Position numbers and translations under genes: made by a program
Notes under the pieces: generated by a model
What the model was told of the DNA's origin: nothing
Database searches by the model: none
The model's input: only the letters and a program-made list of their open reading frames with translations
From: Lama glama
Taxonomy: Eukaryota
Length of the DNA stretch: 64,000 bases
Reading direction: 5' to 3'
Assembly: GCA_028534125.1 (NCBI GenBank)
Contig: CM052816.1
Location: 46,378,001 to 46,442,000 of the forward strand
Shown here: positions 1 to 12,790 of the stretch, piece after piece
How positions within the stretch are numbered: the first letter of the stretch is position 1
Layout of the letters: each line of letters opens with the position of its first letter

Positions 1-54
1 CATAAAAAGAAACACAGAAGACTCACAACATAAATTACTGTTATAAGATTCTCA

Positions 55-115
55 ACCACCTAGAACAATACCTAGTACATAGTGGGGCCTCAAAAATTTT
101 GTTTAATGAATAAAA
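55..115 (+). mobile_element. L2 LINE 3' terminal fragment
   Basis: cctagtacatagtggggcctcaaaaattttgtttaatgaataa resembles the L2 3' end (cctagcacatagtaggcactcaataaatatttgttgaatgaat). Confidence 0.6.
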
Positions 116-1311
116 CCAGATGTAATTTCTTCCCTTCTGGCTCATCTTCCTTTGGCTGGATAGGGATTCCATACATGTTGAGAAGGGAAAGACCATGAAC
201 CAGAAAGGGGGTGTAGTCATTACAGGCTACTTATTTATTTGTCTAATTCCTTCTCTTTTTATGTTTTATGAAGTCTCCTTCTCCTCCTCCTCCACCTCCT
301 CATCCTTCTTCTTAATACCAGTCTCTGTTTTCACTTGTTTTTTTTTTTTTAAATCTGTTTAAGCACTCAGGCCCACAGTAGGGCTTTTGTTTTCTTTTGT
401 TTTGTTTTAATGCAATAAATCACTACCCCATTAGAACAAAACATTGATTTGTCCAAGGTTTTTTATCCAAGTAAAAAAGCACATTTTTGGTCTTGGTTTA
501 ACTTTGCTTTTGTGAGAAAAGGAATCACAAAAGCAATAGTTATTTGATTCTTAGGTGGTAAACATTTTTTTAATAAATATGCTAAATATGTAAGACAGAT
601 TACAATTTTATTCAATTAAGAAAATGGGGATGGTTTGTGGGAGAGGAGAAGAGAGGAAGAAGGCTAAAAAGCACTGGGAGGGTAGAAACATTCATATGTA
701 ACAGAAAAAGATGAGAAAGAGAGGTAAGTAGAATGGGAGAAAAGTGGACTTGAGACAAAAATTCACAGGAAGCTAATGGCTCAAAAGAAGGGGAGTTCTA
801 CACATACCCTCAAAGGTCTTCCTGCAGAACTTTTGTGGGAAGGGTGAACAAATGAGGGAAGTGGTGGTCCTCTCTGAATCAAACCCTCCAGGAACACTGA
901 GGCTGTTCTATGAATCTATCCCACCCATGAATCTTACTTCCAGCCTCTTGGTCCTAGAGCTGCTTCAGGGAGGAAGCCGACTAGAGCTAGAGGAGGCTTC
1001 TAGGATGATGTCCAAAGTCAGAGAAGTCTGTGCAGAAGCAGTTCCATTTGGTGCAAATGAAAGTGCACTCAACTCAGGGAACGTTCAGCTAATAAAAAAT
1101 CTACCCACTAAAGAAAAGTCTAGCTGGGATCGATAGTGAACATGTACAGTGACAGAGAGCCCATGTCCATTCTAACTGGCCATTGCTAATGCTTTGTTTG
1201 TAAATATTTTGAGCATCACTAGCTACTCTGGAATAGTAACAACAACAACAAAAAGATATTTTAGATTACATGTACCTCTAATTCTTTTAAATACATCAGT
1301 TCAAGCAAGTT

Positions 1312-1930
1312 AGTTTGATTCATTCATTTATTCATCCAGCAAATGTTTACTGAGTGCTTACTATTGCCAGGCAATGTGCTAAGCAATGGGAAATAAGGTT
1401 TGAGATAAAACTGATAGCCCGATCTAGGAGGTACTTGTAGGTCATGCTTAGGAAAGTATATTTGGGCCTATTTTTAATAGGGAGTCAGTGAAGAATTTTG
1501 AACAGAAGAGTAGTGCAGTCAGATTTCTATTCGAACACATTGCCCTGATAGCCAGATATAATTACAGACTAGTTAACATGCTGTTGCAATACTATAGGTA
1601 AGAACGATGATCACTTTAACCAAACCTGCAACAGAGACTTGTTCAAAGATTCTTAAAAACGGAAACAACAGGACATGGGGCCACTTTCAGTGCCAAGAGT
1701 GAGAGGAGCAAAGGGGGTGGGAGGATTACTGGGTTCCTGAATGGAATGCAAGGCATGTACAAGACTGTGGGATTGCTTCAGAAGGCGTGATCTCGTCAAG
1801 GGGAGAGAAGGGCATGAGGAGGGCAAGGAGAAGAGGAGCGTGCCGAGGGGAGATTAGGAGAAAAGAAGAGCTGAGAAGGCTGAAGAAGATGCGCAGCAGG
1901 AGAGACTGAGAAGGTGGTTGGAGGGTTAGG
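1312..1930 (-). mobile_element. L2 LINE 3' fragment
   Basis: Begins ttcattcatttattcatccagcaaatgtttactgagtgcttactattgccagg (reverse L2 tail); purine-rich L2 body follows; right boundary approximate. Confidence 0.7.
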
Positions 1931-2249
1931 AAGAGGGTGTGGGCAGGGCGTGGAAGTGGAGATAGTACCTTGTACAGAGGATTGGTCTGACTATGAAAGG
2001 CTGTAATACGTTTAGTCTCCAGCACTGTGCCAGTAGATTCCCTCATAGCCTCTTTGCCCTTCACTTTCAGCCTCCTTCAGACCATCAACTCTGAGCTCAT
2101 TTTCCAAAAAGAGTTTAGATTAGACCAGCACCCTTCTTATCATCCCTCTTCTTGGCCTTTGACTTACAGAACAGGAGCCACATGGTGGTCCCCGTGGTCA
2201 GTTCCCTGCTTACCCTTTTAGCTCCCATAGCCCATCACCTTAGCATCCC

Positions 2250-2650
2250 ACTCCAGCTCTACCATATTTAGAGCACTGTGTTCTCTCATACCTTCAAGTC
2301 TTTGAGCCAACTGCTTCCTCTTCCTAGATTGTCCTCACCTAGTTTTCTGATTGTATAGCTCTTTATCAACTTTTCAAGACTTAAGTTCAAGACACCCAGT
2401 TCTCCATGTAGATATTCTTAGCCTGACCCCCTACTCTGCACTAACCCCCATCAGCCACACACTAAAATCCTACTTCCTTACTGCCATAATACTTTGTATA
2501 TTCTGCCAGTTATACTTAAGCAAAACATTTTAACTATGTATTTGTTTCCCCCACCAAATAGACTGATATATCCATAAAAGCAAAATAATTCATTTGTATC
2601 CTCAGTAATTTTATATAGTAGATATTCAATAAATGTTTATTTAATGAATG
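2250..2650 (+). mobile_element. L2 LINE 3' fragment
   Basis: Pyrimidine-rich L2 body ending attcaataaatgtttatttaatgaatg. Confidence 0.7.
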
Positions 2651-2909
2651 TATAGTTTTGGTACAAGGCTGTGGGTTCCACAGGTTAAGTATGCACCGTA
2701 TTAAACATTTTAAAACAACATGAACGAAGAATAATTTGGGACAGTACCTTCTTGGGAGTCTTGTGGTCAGCTGCCTACCCTGAGACTAGATTGAATTTGC
2801 AGTGCAACAGATTATTACAGTGCTGGCAAGATCTAGGCCCTAAAAATCATATTACCCTAAAGGTTTTTCCCCAGGCCTAGTTTCTGATACAGTGTGGAAT
2901 TAATAAATA

Positions 2910-3110
2910 GTCTGTGAGAGAGAAGGCATAATCCCTTTTACTGGTCATTACTAACTGTATGGTCATGGACTACTTAATTAACCTCTCCATTGTTCAGCTT
3001 CTTCCTTTATAAAACAATGGTGATAATAATGGGACATACCTCCTAGAGATGTTATGAGAATTAAGTGAGGGGATTAGAACAGTATCTGGCCCATAATAAT
3101 AAGTCTTAGC
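2910..3110 (+). mobile_element. MIR SINE
   Basis: Core: ttactaactgtatggtcatggactacttaattaacctctcc...acctcctagagatgttatgagaattaagtgag. Confidence 0.75.
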
Positions 3111-6100
3111 TTCTGCGACTTGTGGCTTCTTTTAAGGATGTTAGTAGCTGAAGTTATATCCATATACCATTTTGTACATATACACAGTTAGCAGGATAAG
3201 CACCATATGCCAATGGAATTTCAAGAAAGCCCCAAGGGAGGTCCAGATCCTATATGAAATCAACACGTGTTCCCTATTATCTTTCTGTCTGAGCTCCTCC
3301 TCCACCACGAGGTCCTTTCAGAAGAAGCTCTATACATCAGAATGAAGGCAGAGCAGAGCACGCAGGGATGAGACTTCGTTTTCAAACAAGAACTCTGAGA
3401 ACAGATACTAGTCATGCCAATCAAGAAATATTCTTTAAATAACTACTATAGTTGAGGCACTGTTCTAGGTACAATGAGGTCAATCTCTTTTATTCAGGGC
3501 TCCTTAAAAGACCTCTAAAATCATGCAGACTTCCCACGATTTTTGGCCCTACAAAATTCTTTCTCTATGACAAGGGAAAAACTGAGGTGTTTTTTTTTTT
3601 TCCTGCCTTGTGCTTTTTTTTTTTTTTCTAAAATAGTACTCTTACCATAGTATGTAGGTACTATGGTGATAGCTGCTTTAGAAATACAGGAAGAGAGAAC
3701 AAGAGAGGAGGGGGAGGTAATTAACTCGACTGTACAAGACTTTCTTTAAGAAGCAGAATGGTTCTCCATTATTTCATTCCTATCTCCAAAGTGGCAGAAA
3801 AGGGTGTTCTGAGAGACATCCTTACAATCAGCCCTAGAACATAATACTGACGCTGAGACAGAGGCCGCTCCATTCTTCCACCTGACCATGCAAAGCAATC
3901 CACTTCCCCTCCTGCTTTTCCCTCTCTATGTAAATAACTTCTTCATAAATGGGAAAAAGGAGAGGGAGCCTTTCAAACAGTTGTCATAAATTAGAATAAA
4001 TTGAATTAATTCAAAATGTAAAACTAGGAGAGCCAGGAGAACATGCAACATATTTTCCCCAAATAACGCTGCGAACAAGAACAAGTGCGTACTTTGGGCA
4101 TATGTAGATCTTTCCTCTGACTGACAGCCTGAAGGACAGTCCATGTGATTTCTGTGTTGCTGAGGTGGAAACAATCTTTATTTGGATTGAATAGCAGAAG
4201 CAAACAGGAGTGAATAAGAGACACAAAAGTTTACAGTACAGATGGTTTTCCAATTCTCTTTAAAAAATTGTATGCCTTATCAGTTAAAGGTACACTTGTC
4301 TTTTGTTCTAGTCAACAGTACTAGAGACTTTTCATGGTTGTACACTAGAAAAATTAGAGGTGATGGGTAAATTATGTCCTGACTTTAATAATGCCACACA
4401 GGTTAAATGTAGCAGTAAAAGTTTATCTTTACCACCTTGTATCTGTAGAAATTAAGATGTATTTTGCTGTGTAGGTGTATATCACTACGGAAAAACCTTA
4501 GTGAAAACAAACCAAGATAAAAAATAAATCGAAAAAGGAAGACATAACATATACGTGCACTGTGTGTTTGTGTGTACACACATATATACCCATGTTTATG
4601 GGGGGAATGGGTACGAGATTATGATGATTCAAGGAAAATATTAAAAGTGTGCCAAAAGTGGTCTCCAGAGAACCAAAGGATTTGATTAAATTATACTAGG
4701 CCTACCTGTAAATGGCATACACCTGTGCACCTAAGAGCCTTCTTCCTAGAACGAGAAGAGCATTTTCCTTCCCACACAGTCATCTGGCTCTGTCATCCCA
4801 ATGTACTGCTTTGTGTCAAACACAAGGAAGGGATAACATAACCATCAGCCTTCTGTCAATAAGGCCCCCTTACCCATTCTGGGAGGCAAAAGGCTATTCT
4901 GACTGAATTATCTACAGCTCTATGATAGTAATGTGAAAAAGTAAAATAAAAGATCATTGTCCGAATATTTATTTAGCATTTTTGATTTTAGATGATTATG
5001 GCACTGAATCATGGTTTATCTTTTAATCTGTGTCAGATAATGCCTTTATTCCCAACATCTTTTGACCACAGAATCTAGGGTAGTTAAAAGGTCTAATTCA
5101 GGGGCACTTGAAGGCTGCGTGAATAAACACGCAGGGCTGACTTCCAGACCCACCCCTGATTGCCAGGCTCTTCTGCCTGCCTTGAAAAGACTGGTTACAG
5201 CTCTCAAGGGCGCTCTAATCTGGACCAGTTCCCACAAAACAATCAATGGCATATCATCATTTCTTTCCTTTTCCTAAAGAACAGGATGCACAGAAAATAA
5301 TGCACATGTAGTAGAGTTGAGAGCCTAATGCACATAGGAAACATGCTCCTTCCGAATCAGCACATCAGGCCACCAGATACCAGTCTCAGGCAGAGTTAGT
5401 CATCATTTTCTTATACCAGCCACACTCTTCTCCCAGGATTGATGCATCTTCTTCCCCTCTACATAAAGAATTAGCTGAACAAAGTAAAAATTAGAGGATT
5501 CTGGGGCTGCAGATGGCTGACCAGCTGTTTCTGGGTGACTCCCCATGAATCAGTGCCTCATCGGAGCTTGAGTGCTTCCATGTTTTGGGGGCAAAATATT
5601 CTGCATTTTGGAAAAGTAGTTCATGGAAAATAATACAGCAAACTAACATTTATAGAAAACCACAGTAATCTTGTAACAAATGTCCTAAATTATGTAGTCA
5701 AAAGCAGATCCAATTTTACCCAAGGTTCTCTGTCTGCAGTGCCTGTAGGACCCTTTTTTGTTGTTGTTTATGACTGCGGCTCCTCTCAGCCCCCAACACA
5801 AGCGCCTCTTTTTAAATGATGCACCATTTTATATAATCTACCACACAGAAGACAAAATTCAGCCTGGAGAAGAGGCAAGGGTGTCGGGGGGGTGGAGTAT
5901 TTAAAGGACTCGACTTTTCTGTCCCCTTTGTAGATTCATCTTATATATTTTCATTTAGTTTGATGGTAAGATTAATGCTGCTTTTAAAAGCCTTCTGGTT
6001 CAGTTTTGTACAATATTCATGTCTCAGTGCTTAAGTGCAATGTTGGGGTATTGACAAAATAAAAGTAAACTGGAACTTTACATTCCAATCTCTCCCACTC

Positions 6101-6599
6101 TCCTCCAAAGCGGAAGTTTCTGGCAAGGCAGGAGTTTTGCTGAAGCCTTTTTCTGGTTATCCTCTTCAATTTTAGATGATTGTTTGATGTGAATATCTCT
6201 AAGAGCATTTATTTTAATACACAGAGGAGCAGAGATAGCTCCAAATGCCTATTATCAGGAAAAAGGCATTTTATGTGATGGGAGAGTAAGGAAACCTTCT
6301 GTGATCATTTATATTCAATGAAAGCCATTCCTTTGGGTGGGAGAGTCAAATGCTAGTACCCACACATGCTGCATGCATACCAGTATGAGCTGGAGGAATG
6401 CACATTTCTGTATCTGAGAGCAGCTGCTAAGTGAAATGGAACGTCCAACAGATGGCTGCATTGTCATTGTTGGGGGAGGACGAGAGGGGAGCTATTTTGG
6501 TTTTCCTGTGGAGTGTGTGTCTGTGTGTAAGTGTTTAATAGGATGTGTTCTGTACTACCTGGACCTCTCTGGTGTTATGAAGGGCTCTTATTCACCCTG

Positions 6600-6720
6600 A
6601 ATCTTAGAACGAGGATAGGTCTTCAAGATCATCTGGTCATTTCACATGTAATAGAGAAGGAGCGGGAAGGTTAAGGACACATAGCTTTTTAGAGCCAAGA
6701 CCAGAACTCTCTCATTAGGC
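6600..6720 (-). mobile_element. MIR/MIR3 SINE fragment
   Basis: ggtcttcaagatcatctggtcatttcacatg...gaaggttaaggacacatagc, degenerate reverse MIR. Confidence 0.5.
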
Positions 6721-7745
6721 CACGCTGCATGGAAGTCATGCCTTCTATTGACCTGAACATTGTGTTCAGTGCCACCGCCACAGCTCAAGAATAGGAAATA
6801 CTACAGCAGCTGCAGTTTCACAGTTTGAAAAGTATGTGTGTATTGTTTTCTTCTGAAGTCCTTTGGTGGAGTTGTCTTGTAATTCTCATGTTGGAAGAAA
6901 AAATAGATACTTTATGAGCAAAGTTAGATCGTGTTTTTATTATATATTTTATTAGCTATTTGGGACATTATGACCAACTGTAAATAACATGCTGTAGAAT
7001 ATTAAGATTCTATAGCAGTTTCACATTCCAGAATACAAGGAGTTAAACTTCTAAGTCAAAGCTTTCAAAGGCCATGGGTAAGAGGCAAAGAGAAAAGTGT
7101 TGAGGTCCCATTATGACCTGTCTGCAAAAGGTCTCCATCCCCCTTCTGATGGGAGCCTTGGGTCAGTTGTATAGTCACATGGCTCACCATTGGTTCGTGT
7201 TTTTTTCCAGAAATAGAATCAATAGAGAACAGACAAACCCACAGTTGCCAGTTTGTACAGTCTTGTGGTTTCTGTCAGGGGCTACAGACTCGAGCAGGTC
7301 TACCAGATAATGAAGGCAAACTATTTCAGTTCCTGTGGGTCCAGAGCGCCTCAGCAGAGTTCTGGTTTCAAACAAATGAATAACAAATTAAAAGGTACAG
7401 TAAAATAAGGGAGTGGTTAAAATATATTAACTAAAATCAATGGAGGAGAAACATAGTTAAAAACCCTACATTCTCAGCAACAGTCTATGATGTATTTTGT
7501 TAATCTCCTAAAATTTATGTTAAAAGCCTTTTAACAGAAAGTCAATATATTTGGGTGGTTGAGCAAGTATATCATGCTGTACTGGAGGTTGCATTAAATA
7601 TGATGCAGAGGCTCCACTATCTGTAGGAAATGAACAAGGGTCCATCCTACGGAAGTCCCACCTCAAGGAGACCAGATGCTCTTCCCAAAACAGCCTGTGG
7701 AGCCCAGCCAAAGACTATGCCCTCCTTTCTGCCTAGGTTCCCCAC

Positions 7746-7753
7746 TGACGTCA
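7746..7753. promoter_or_regulatory. Full palindromic CRE (TGACGTCA)
   Basis: Exact consensus match with CpG retained; function unproven. Confidence 0.35.
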
Positions 7754-8354
7754 ACAAGAGTCCTGGAAACAAAGTGGGATCAGAATACCAGAAGCATAGC
7801 CTAATAATAGAGCAAAAATGGAGAGCAGATGGAAAATAAAGCTTCTCGATAAAGTGTGACCTAATGTTATAAATTTGTTCAGGGAAAGAAAACAACAGCA
7901 GCAAAAAGGCCTGTGAGCAGACTTACTGGTGCTGAAATGCTGGGAGATGGCTGACTAGCAAATCACACAGATACTCAGAAATGTTGCAGGAGAAGACTGA
8001 AAAATCAGCAGGAAAATAAGCAAGATCAAATTCTAGATGAGTCTGAAATATTGCAATTACATGTGCCTAAAGGCAAAGCAACTCAAAGCCAGAGGTAGAA
8101 AACTAGAAACAGAGTATGAGCACCTTCTTATGCCCATGATTGGTACATAATTTTCTCCACTGTGTCTTCGCCCATCTGAAATAACCTGTTGTGCCCAGGG
8201 ATAAGAAGAGCTGGGAGAACACAGGTATGAACTTTGAACATGGCAGTGAAAATGAGTTGAAATACTGGGCCCAAAGAGAAGGTTTTTTGCAAAAGGGCCT
8301 TGTCACACTTACAGCTCCTGGAAATGCTCTCACAAATCCCTCTTGTATCCACAT

Positions 8355-8379
8355 TGTGTGTATGTGTGTGTGTGTGTGT
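8355..8379. repeat. (TG)n microsatellite
   Basis: tgtgtgtatgtgtgtgtgtgtgtgt. Confidence 0.9.
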
Positions 8380-9644
8380 AGTCAAAGCCACAAAGGGCTC
8401 CTTTTATCTCTTAGTATGGTTAAGACATATTCAAATACTCCACTTACTTTTCTGGGACGAGCAGCAAAGTCTTAAAATAAACCTCTTCTGAATTTTTACT
8501 AACTGTGTATACATTTTGATAGAAGAGGGATTTTTAGATATACTTAATAACTGGACATATATATTATTTTTGATATGAACAGAGAAGGCCCAAAGATGTT
8601 GAAACTGAAATATAGACAAATTTCCGTTTCAATCTCTAAAATACTTCTTCTATCTGGAAATCATCAAGATGTTGTATTTGATGAACAATCTGCACTTTCT
8701 TATAGGAATGGGCTTTTGGCTGGGATATTTGATGAGGTAAAGTTTTAGAACAGAACTATATTTTCTCTTTATTTTCAGTGTTCAACCACTGATAGTATTA
8801 AGGGGGGAAAGCCACTTTAAAAAAAAAATTTCTTTTTCAGTTCATCATTCTAATGGTTCTTGGGCTCCGTTTCCAGCACCTATGAAAAGAAATCTTGCTT
8901 CTTCAGGTAGCTTTCTAGGTTCTGCCTCCTCAACCTCTTTATCTAGCCAATATTTCTGAGTCTTGACTCTTGGCTGCTTGATCCTTTGAACTTGGTATTT
9001 CAGACCTTCCCTCACTCCCAGGGGAGCTCCCTCACCTCGTACTTCAACATCAGTCTCCCTCACTCCTTACCCTGTGGCTGAGAGGAAGCCCAGTCCATTC
9101 CTTGCCAGGCTTCTAGATGCCCAGCCTGGCAGAGCCTCAGGCTTCCTGCCATCCGCCACCCCGGGAGAAGATACTGGACTCTCATATGCTCGGAAGGTCC
9201 TCAGCCAAATAGATTACAAGGAGCTACTCTAAAGTTATGAACCCATGGTATAGTATGAATACATGGAATTAGGGATAGGAAAATTACAGATTTTTTTTGA
9301 CCTAGAAGGCATCTAGAGATCATTCCTTTTATAGTAGACGAAATCAGTTCTCAAACCTGCTTGACAATTCAGAGTTCCTGTAAGGAGAGTGACATAACGT
9401 ATATAAAATGTTTCATAAACTATAAAGCACTATACTGCATGCAAAATAAAATCAGTGTTTGTCTTCTAGGTAGTATGTTTGAGTTACTCCAGAGATGCTG
9501 CCATTACTCAAAATGTTTTAAATCTCTTCTTTAAAATTGTCATTTGAGGCAGTTAAGATTGTCACTGTACAGTCATATCTTGTTCTTATCAGTAAAGGTA
9601 TTATCCAAGGCTCAGACATTCATCTCAGATTTGATCTTAAATGT

Positions 9645-9740
9645 CTTTCAAGGCAGAAACCATGTCTGTCTTGCTCTTTGCTCCTGGTATCCTGCCTGCC
9701 ACTTAGTAAGCACCTAATAATTACTTGTTCAATGAATTTT
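9645..9740 (+). mobile_element. L2 3' terminal fragment
   Basis: aaggcagaaaccatgtctgtcttgctc...agtaagcacctaataattacttgttcaatgaat. Confidence 0.7.
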
Positions 9741-11249
9741 TTTTTTAAAAAAGATCAAACCCACCCTCAGAGAACGATGATTGCTGTGATTGATAGGCAA
9801 AGGCTCTAAAGACATTTTCAAAGGAGAATTTTCCAAATAAAATTATTTTTCAGCAATAACACTATTGTTGGAATAAGTTCAAGGTTTTTAATTAGAAGAG
9901 GATGAAATTCATTGTATTTACACATCTGTGTTCTGGGTGACTTGTTGACATTGTTGAATTTATTTATACCTCACCTTTCAAAAAAAATGAGACAGATTGA
10001 AACAACAACAAAAAGAAATCCATAATAACAATACTGTTAATAAAAAGCATACTGCTATAATCATGTCTCAGATAACGTGCAGCAAAAAACAGCCCACAGG
10101 GTGGGTTCCTTATGTGTGGTTAGCTAAGGAGTGACAGTAAGTAACAAGAAACAGAGAACAAATAAGACTCACCCAGCCTCAAGCCCATGTCTGCATGCCA
10201 TCTGGCCCTTGTTCCCCATTGAGTAAAAGAGTTACTTATAGCTAGTAGGAATGTAGTCATAAAGAAACATTCTGGGGTAACTGGGGTGACAAAATTCCCA
10301 GCCTGATATTCAGTGCCCAGGAAGACAGGCACCTGCACGTGTCACAATAATCAATAATCACTGTCGTTAGCACTAAAAGGTAAAGTCAGTTTTGAGGATT
10401 CTGTGTGACACATAAAAGTGAGAACAGTCCCTCTCCAGTGGACTGATACTTTAATTTGTTTGAAGAGGAAAGAATCAAGAGAACATTAAGGGGAAGGCGC
10501 AGTAATCACAAAACTGTCCAACTTTTTCACACGTGCGTTACCCTTGGAAGAGTCAGAGTAGTGATTTTACAATTGTTATAAAACGCGTATGTTAGGCACA
10601 TACACACAAATCCAGTTTACACCTCAAAAATAAACTTTCTCCCGTACTTCAACTAGTCCCAGTCTAAATCATCCTGACCAGGTGAGGGTGAGACTATATA
10701 TTTTGTGAATCCTGGGCTCAGGGCTTACACTAGTAATGAATAACAATGCTCAGTCAACATATTTACCTGTTCTTTAACTGCTCTTTGAAATACTGAATTA
10801 AGAAAATTCAAGTGGGTTCAGCTAAAAGCAAAGCAAAATGTAGTACCTCATAAAAATGAAACCAGGGGGGTTCTCAGAAGAAGAAGTAGAGAACACTGAA
10901 TTTCTCACCAGGCTACTGGCTTGCTCATTTCAGGGCCACTCTGGTTTTGATGAGGACCAGAGCATGGGTGTCATTCATGATGCGTGGCGTTCACAAGAAA
11001 AAAAAGTCACTTTTTCTTCTAGAAATAAAAGCTATCCCAGTACTATAGAGAAAGAAGCATTACTTGAATTCTGAAGGGGTTGAACATTTGAGCTGTGTTT
11101 TTTTAGCTCAGGAGATAATATCAAAGACACTTTCCTGACTTTCTGTGTAATCTTAACATGGAGAACTTATGGCCCAGTATCACTCCCAGAAATCCCACCC
11201 CAAGCCCTAAACCCAAGAATGGGTTCCAGTTCAACTTCACAATACACAC

Positions 11250-11620
11250 AGAGTAAATTTTTCTAACTACAAATCTGATCTATAACTACACGGGTTAAAA
11301 TTCTTGTATACCATCCATGTTGCTTATAGACTAAAATCCAATTTCTACACTTAAGATATGAAAAAAAAATTTAATATATGAAAATTTTTAAGGAACTAGA
11401 TCTTTCTCATCTTTCCAACTTCATCTTTTAATGTTGTACATCATATGCTCCAGCCATAATTAAACTGTCTCCAGAATCCAAGATCCCACCATGTTCACTT
11501 GTCCTTTGTTCTCTCTGAAGAACATGCACTTTCTTCCACTTTGTTCCCTGGAAAACCAGTATTTATTCCTCATGACACAGACTCTCATCTTCTCTTTGAA
11601 GTCTTTTGCCATCACTCTTA
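11250..11620 (+). mobile_element. L2 LINE fragment
   Basis: aaatctgatc...aaaattctt...atagactaaaatccaatttc...atgctccagccataattaaactg, typical L2 3' body. Confidence 0.6.
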
Positions 11621-11846
11621 CTTTCACCCCCTAATCAGGCAAACTCAGTTTTTTAAAGTACAGAATATTTTAAACCATTTGACTTTGAGAGCATTTTAAT
11701 CTCAGCAGTATGATGAAACTCATAAGTTTCATTTCTAAAGGGACCAAGCACATGCGCATCTATCCAAGTCACCTATTTGTCTATGGATGTTCTCTATCCA
11801 CCCTGCAAGATAATGAAATGCTTGAATAAGACTTGGTTTTAATAAC

Positions 11847-12332
11847 TGTATTAGTCTGCTAGGGCTGTCATAAGAAAATACCACAGACTGGATGGCTTAA
11901 AGGACTAAATTTATTTTCTCACAGTTCTGGAGACTGAGACGTCCAAGAACAAGGTGCTAGTCAATTCAGTTTCTGATGAGAGCTCCCTTCTGGGCTTATA
12001 GACTGCTGCCTTCCTGCCTTGTCCTCACTTGGCCTTTCCCTCAGTACATACACATAGGAGAGAGAAAAACACACGGAGAGAAAGAGAGACAGAGAGCGAG
12101 CGCGCGCGAGAGAGTGAGCGCGAGCACGCGCACATGCAAGTGCTAGCTTTCTGGTGTCTCCTCTTACAAGGACACTAATCCTAGCAGATCAGGGTTCCAT
12201 CTTTATGACCTCACTAAATCTTTATTACTTCCTTAGAGATTCCATCTCCAAATAGAGCTACACTGAGGAGGTTAGGGCTTCAACATATGAATTGGGGACA
12301 AGGGGTGGGGCACAAACATTTAGTCCATAATA
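11847..12332 (-). mobile_element. MLT1A-type MaLR solo LTR, complete
   Basis: Starts tgtattagtctgctagggctgtcataagaaaataccacagactgg, ends cacaaacatttagtccataata; flanks ataac/atcac match 4/5 as a 5-bp TSD. Confidence 0.9.
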
Positions 12333-12579
12333 ATCACCTTGCATAGCCAATATCCAATGTAAGTCCTTGTAATGTCTGCATTTATGATATGATTAAATGC
12401 CACACAACAAAGGGAGAATGAGGAAAACTGGTTAACTCGTTAACTAGAAGTGTTCATTTAGTGTGCACCATATGCAAATCCCTGCTATAAAACATGTCAG
12501 TGTTATTAAGGAATTCATATTCAAACAATCTAACTGGGAATTTAAACATAAACATGCCAAATGAGTGGTTCTAATAATG

Positions 12580-12790
12580 AGTAACCATAGGGTAGAGCAA
12601 AGAGCACTGGATCTGGAATCAGAAAATGTGGATTCAAATTCGAGCTCTGCCACTCACCATCTACGTGAACTTAAAGCAAGCTGCCTAACTTAAGCTTCAG
12701 CACCTTTGCCTGTAACATGGTGGCAAAATACCTAGCTGAGGAAGCAAGTGAATGGGAGTTAGTAAACGCGCTTTGGAAATGCCAACGCTA
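12580..12790 (+). mobile_element. MIR SINE
   Basis: aagagcactggatctggaatcagaaaatgtggattcaaattcgagctctgccactcacc (tRNA-derived head plus core). Confidence 0.8.

Noticed and set aside
852..1136. 94-aa ATG-initiated ORF
   Set aside because: No recognisable protein similarity; the region probably overlaps decayed repeats.
3926..4253. Three overlapping minus-strand ORFs
   Set aside because: All short, with alternative starts and no homology I recognise; more likely non-coding sequence.
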